From Vitrella brassicaformis CCMP3155 (taxonomy: Eukaryota > Protista > Chromerida): a stretch of 10,295 nt of DNA. Below the pieces are notes generated by a model. That model was not told the origin of the DNA. It saw only the letters and a program-made list of their open reading frames with translations, and did not search any database. Shown here piece by piece: positions 8,281-10,295 of this stretch (positions within the stretch are counted from its first letter, which is position 1; every line of letters begins with the position of its first letter). The stretch is taken from contig CDMY01000926.1 in NCBI GenBank assembly GCA_001179505.1, positions 1 to 10,295 of the forward strand, written 5' to 3'. A program made the translations under genes and the position numbers.

Positions 8281-8620
8281 TGTTGGAGCCGGTCCGTCGC
8301 TCCTCGCCCTTGCTTGTGTCGCACCAGTAGATACCGGTGGTGTACCATTCATATTGTGTCTTTCTTGGCCGTCTATCTCAGTCTGTCTCCCTTCGTGCTT
8401 CTCTTCACGCCTCCCTTCCACTCGCCTTTTCCTACCTGCCACGCCCTGTGCCTGCCTTTTTTCATTATGGTGTCGCGCACGTCCCAAGCGGCAGTCTTTT
8501 TTGCAGACCTGCCACGCTTACGATAAATGATGGGGGGAAGGGGGAAGATTGAGACAAACAGAAGATACCGTGTGAACAAACCCTCAAAAGGATGAGAAAC
8601 CCCATGCGTTTCTCCTCGAT
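8281..8620 (-). repeat. Dispersed non-coding repeat, copy B (inverted relative to 1633-2005)
   Basis: Its reverse complement aligns with 1633-2005. Shared blocks include gacgtgcgcgacacc, aaaaaaggcaggcacagggcgtggcagg, ggaagggaggcgtgaagagaagca and gcgacacaagcaagggcgaggagcg. It has a private ~17-bp insertion near 8508-8524. Confidence 0.92.
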
Positions 8621-8849
8621 CTCCCCGAACATACACACCGCCCCAGTGTGAATCAGGTTAAGTAGATGCATGAAACGGGCGACGAAGTTCGTCTAAGCAT
8701 CAGTTCGTATCAAGCAAATGAGGCGAAACAATACATGCAGAAACAACGGACAGCGCTCGTTGACTGCAAAAAACATGTCGCACACTGCAAACAAGCGCGA
8801 GACATGCAACATGACACGCACATTCAGAACGCAGGTCCAGCCAGCCACC

Positions 8850-10142
8850 TTACAGCCCCGCAGCGGGACTGGTGTGGGGCCTGTATGGCCCGCGGCTGAC
8901 GAAGTCCTCCGGAAACGCGCTGGCCCTCCGTGGCCCTCTGGCGGCCGCCGCGCGCTGCGCACGACTCGCCACTTGAAACGCGTTGTGCTTCATCAGCTCG
9001 ACGGACAGGAGCTGGCTCCAGTGGTTGACGATGCTCTCTCGGAAAGCTGTGTACTCCTCCATGGGAATGGATGTAAGGCGAGGCTTTCGTTTGGCGAGCA
9101 TCTTGAGAAAATCCATGGTCTTGTCTCCGAATCTGCCGAATGTCTCCGCAGCGAGGGGCACGAAGCGGAAGCCGGCCGCTTGGGTGATTGGTCCATACTT
9201 GTCGATCTTGTCTTTCTCCGCAAGCTGAGCCGCCTTGCCACCTGGGAGCTGCGCACCACGCCGGTTGACTGTTCGGTGGAAGGGGATGGGGGAGTTGTCA
9301 GGGCGGCAAGGGTGGGCGACGGTGACGTCGAGCAGGTAATCACTGCCGTCGATCACACAATAGATGTCCATGCGCTGGTTGTTGGGGTTGTCATCAGGCG
9401 GGGTGATGCCGAGGCTGTGCAGAGACACCTCCACATTGGAGGGAACATCTGCTTCAGCCAGGATGCGAACAAAGAAGTTGTGCATGTTGTTGTGTCTCGT
9501 GACTCGCTCACGGCCCGTGTGACACACGTAGAAGTGATCGCCAAAGTTGTCCACCTCCCCGCCGCAGATGCATCGCTGCGAGACGGTTGCGTGCGGGAGG
9601 GCAATGCCGAGACACCCGGCGACGGCGTGGCGATACTGGAAGTTGTTCAGTGTCTTGCTATCGCTGGAAGGGATTGCTGACAGCCAACCAGACGAAAGAG
9701 GCCGTTGGCAGCTCAGAAGACGGGCGCGGGCTCTGCTGTCGGGGGGGAGGGACTTGAAGAGCTCGTTGAAGCGGAACTTGTGCAGTTGATCGGTCAGGCG
9801 CTGCTGTAGCCGAACCTGCGGTCTCGAGAGAAAGTCTTGGAGGGAGGGGAGGGAGAAGGAGGGGCCGACCACCTCAGAGATGGCAGCGAGGGCGGGGACT
9901 GCCGCTCGAAGCCATGGCAGATCCAAAAGAGCAGCGGGCCCACCTTGAGGCATCCACGGTGCTCCTCGGAACCGGCTAGAGACGTCAAAAGCCGTCACAC
10001 CGATCGAGCCCAGAAAAGCCGCACGGGCAATCGTGGATGCGGAGACAAGGCCAAACCCTCCCAGCCGAATGGGTAGCTGCACTTGTGCGGAAACCGAGTC
10101 GGGGAAGTCGCCGGGAAAGCGGAACATGCGCTTGAATGCCAT
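8850..10142 (-). CDS. Open 430-codon frame: RT thumb/linker + CCHC zinc knuckle + restriction-like endonuclease (PD-(D/E)xK type)
   Basis: CICGGEVDNFGDHFYVC (C-x-C-x9-H-x3-C, ~9522-9572), RHN, E, RMDI, LLDVTV, AEKDKIDKY and FVPLAAETFG match the conserved R2/CRE RLE motif order. It is probably the tail of a longer ORF interrupted by the stop at 10212. Confidence 0.85.
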   Translation of the reverse strand: MAFKRMFRFPGDFPDSVSAQVQLPIRLGGFGLVSASTIARAAFLGSIGVTAFDVSSRFRGAPWMPQGGPAALLDLPWLRAAVPALAAISEVVGPSFSLPSLQDFLSRPQVRLQQRLTDQLHKFRFNELFKSLPPDSRARARLLSCQRPLSSGWLSAIPSSDSKTLNNFQYRHAVAGCLGIALPHATVSQRCICGGEVDNFGDHFYVCHTGRERVTRHNNMHNFFVRILAEADVPSNVEVSLHSLGITPPDDNPNNQRMDIYCVIDGSDYLLDVTVAHPCRPDNSPIPFHRTVNRRGAQLPGGKAAQLAEKDKIDKYGPITQAAGFRFVPLAAETFGRFGDKTMDFLKMLAKRKPRLTSIPMEEYTAFRESIVNHWSQLLSVELMKHNAFQVASRAQRAAAARGPRRASAFPEDFVSRGPYRPHTSPAAGL

Positions 10143-10295
10143 AATAATGGCGGCGTCATATCGCTCGGCGGCTGCCAGGGAGACATCGGATTCTGGGGGG
10201 AGGAGGCGCAGCTAATAGTTCAGCCGGGGGGATGCACAATAGCGGAGAAGTAGGCCTGAGCCCTGTAATCCCTTCTGAGCAAAAGTCACGATTGC
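8850..10295 (-). mobile_element. CRE-clade non-LTR retrotransposon, element 2: 3' portion, runs off the window end
   Basis: The frame from 10295 reads ...LLLRYCASPRLNY*LRLLPP (TAG 10212-10214), then QLPIRLGGFGL, WLSAIP, CCHC knuckle and RLE. Stop TAA at 8850-8852. No poly(A) tail is visible downstream. Confidence 0.92.

Noticed and set aside
5120-10295. One bipartite retroelement with RT and endonuclease in separate, permuted genes
   Set aside because: Both parts contain divergent versions of the same post-RT segment, which indicates two elements.
1-10295. CRISPR array, tRNA, rRNA or prokaryotic operon/defence system
   Set aside because: There are no regularly spaced repeats, cloverleaf or rRNA motifs, and all recognisable coding sequence is eukaryotic retroelement.

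Overview
Eukaryotic, GC-rich transposon graveyard with no recognisable intact host gene. It holds three retroelement relics. (1) A decayed Ty1/copia pol on the + strand (~1460-5085): possible protease remnant, HHCC/DDE integrase, RT and RNase H, with no gag or LTR recognised. (2) A decayed CRE-clade (RLE-type) non-LTR retrotransposon on the - strand (~5120-7395): a Cys-rich N-terminus with a tesmin/CRC-like 9-Cys CXC motif and a second C4 finger, then RT, with the endonuclease end missing. (3) The 3' part of a second, different CRE-clade element on the - strand (8850 to the window end), with an open 430-codon thumb + CCHC + restriction-like endonuclease frame. A diverged ~340-370 bp non-coding repeat occurs twice in inverted orientation (1633-2005 and 8281-8620). 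A GC-rich, heavily self-complementary island at ~558-890 contains a perfect 45-bp palindrome. Most other ORFs in the track are antisense or alternate-frame shadows. Base composition and TGAA/TGAC simple repeats suggest a GC-rich protist or alga; my unverified recollection is a resemblance to Vitrella repeats. The best candidate novelty is the CXC-type DNA-binding module on a CRE retrotransposon, followed by the structured island and the inverted repeat pair. I see no firmly supported new multi-gene system.
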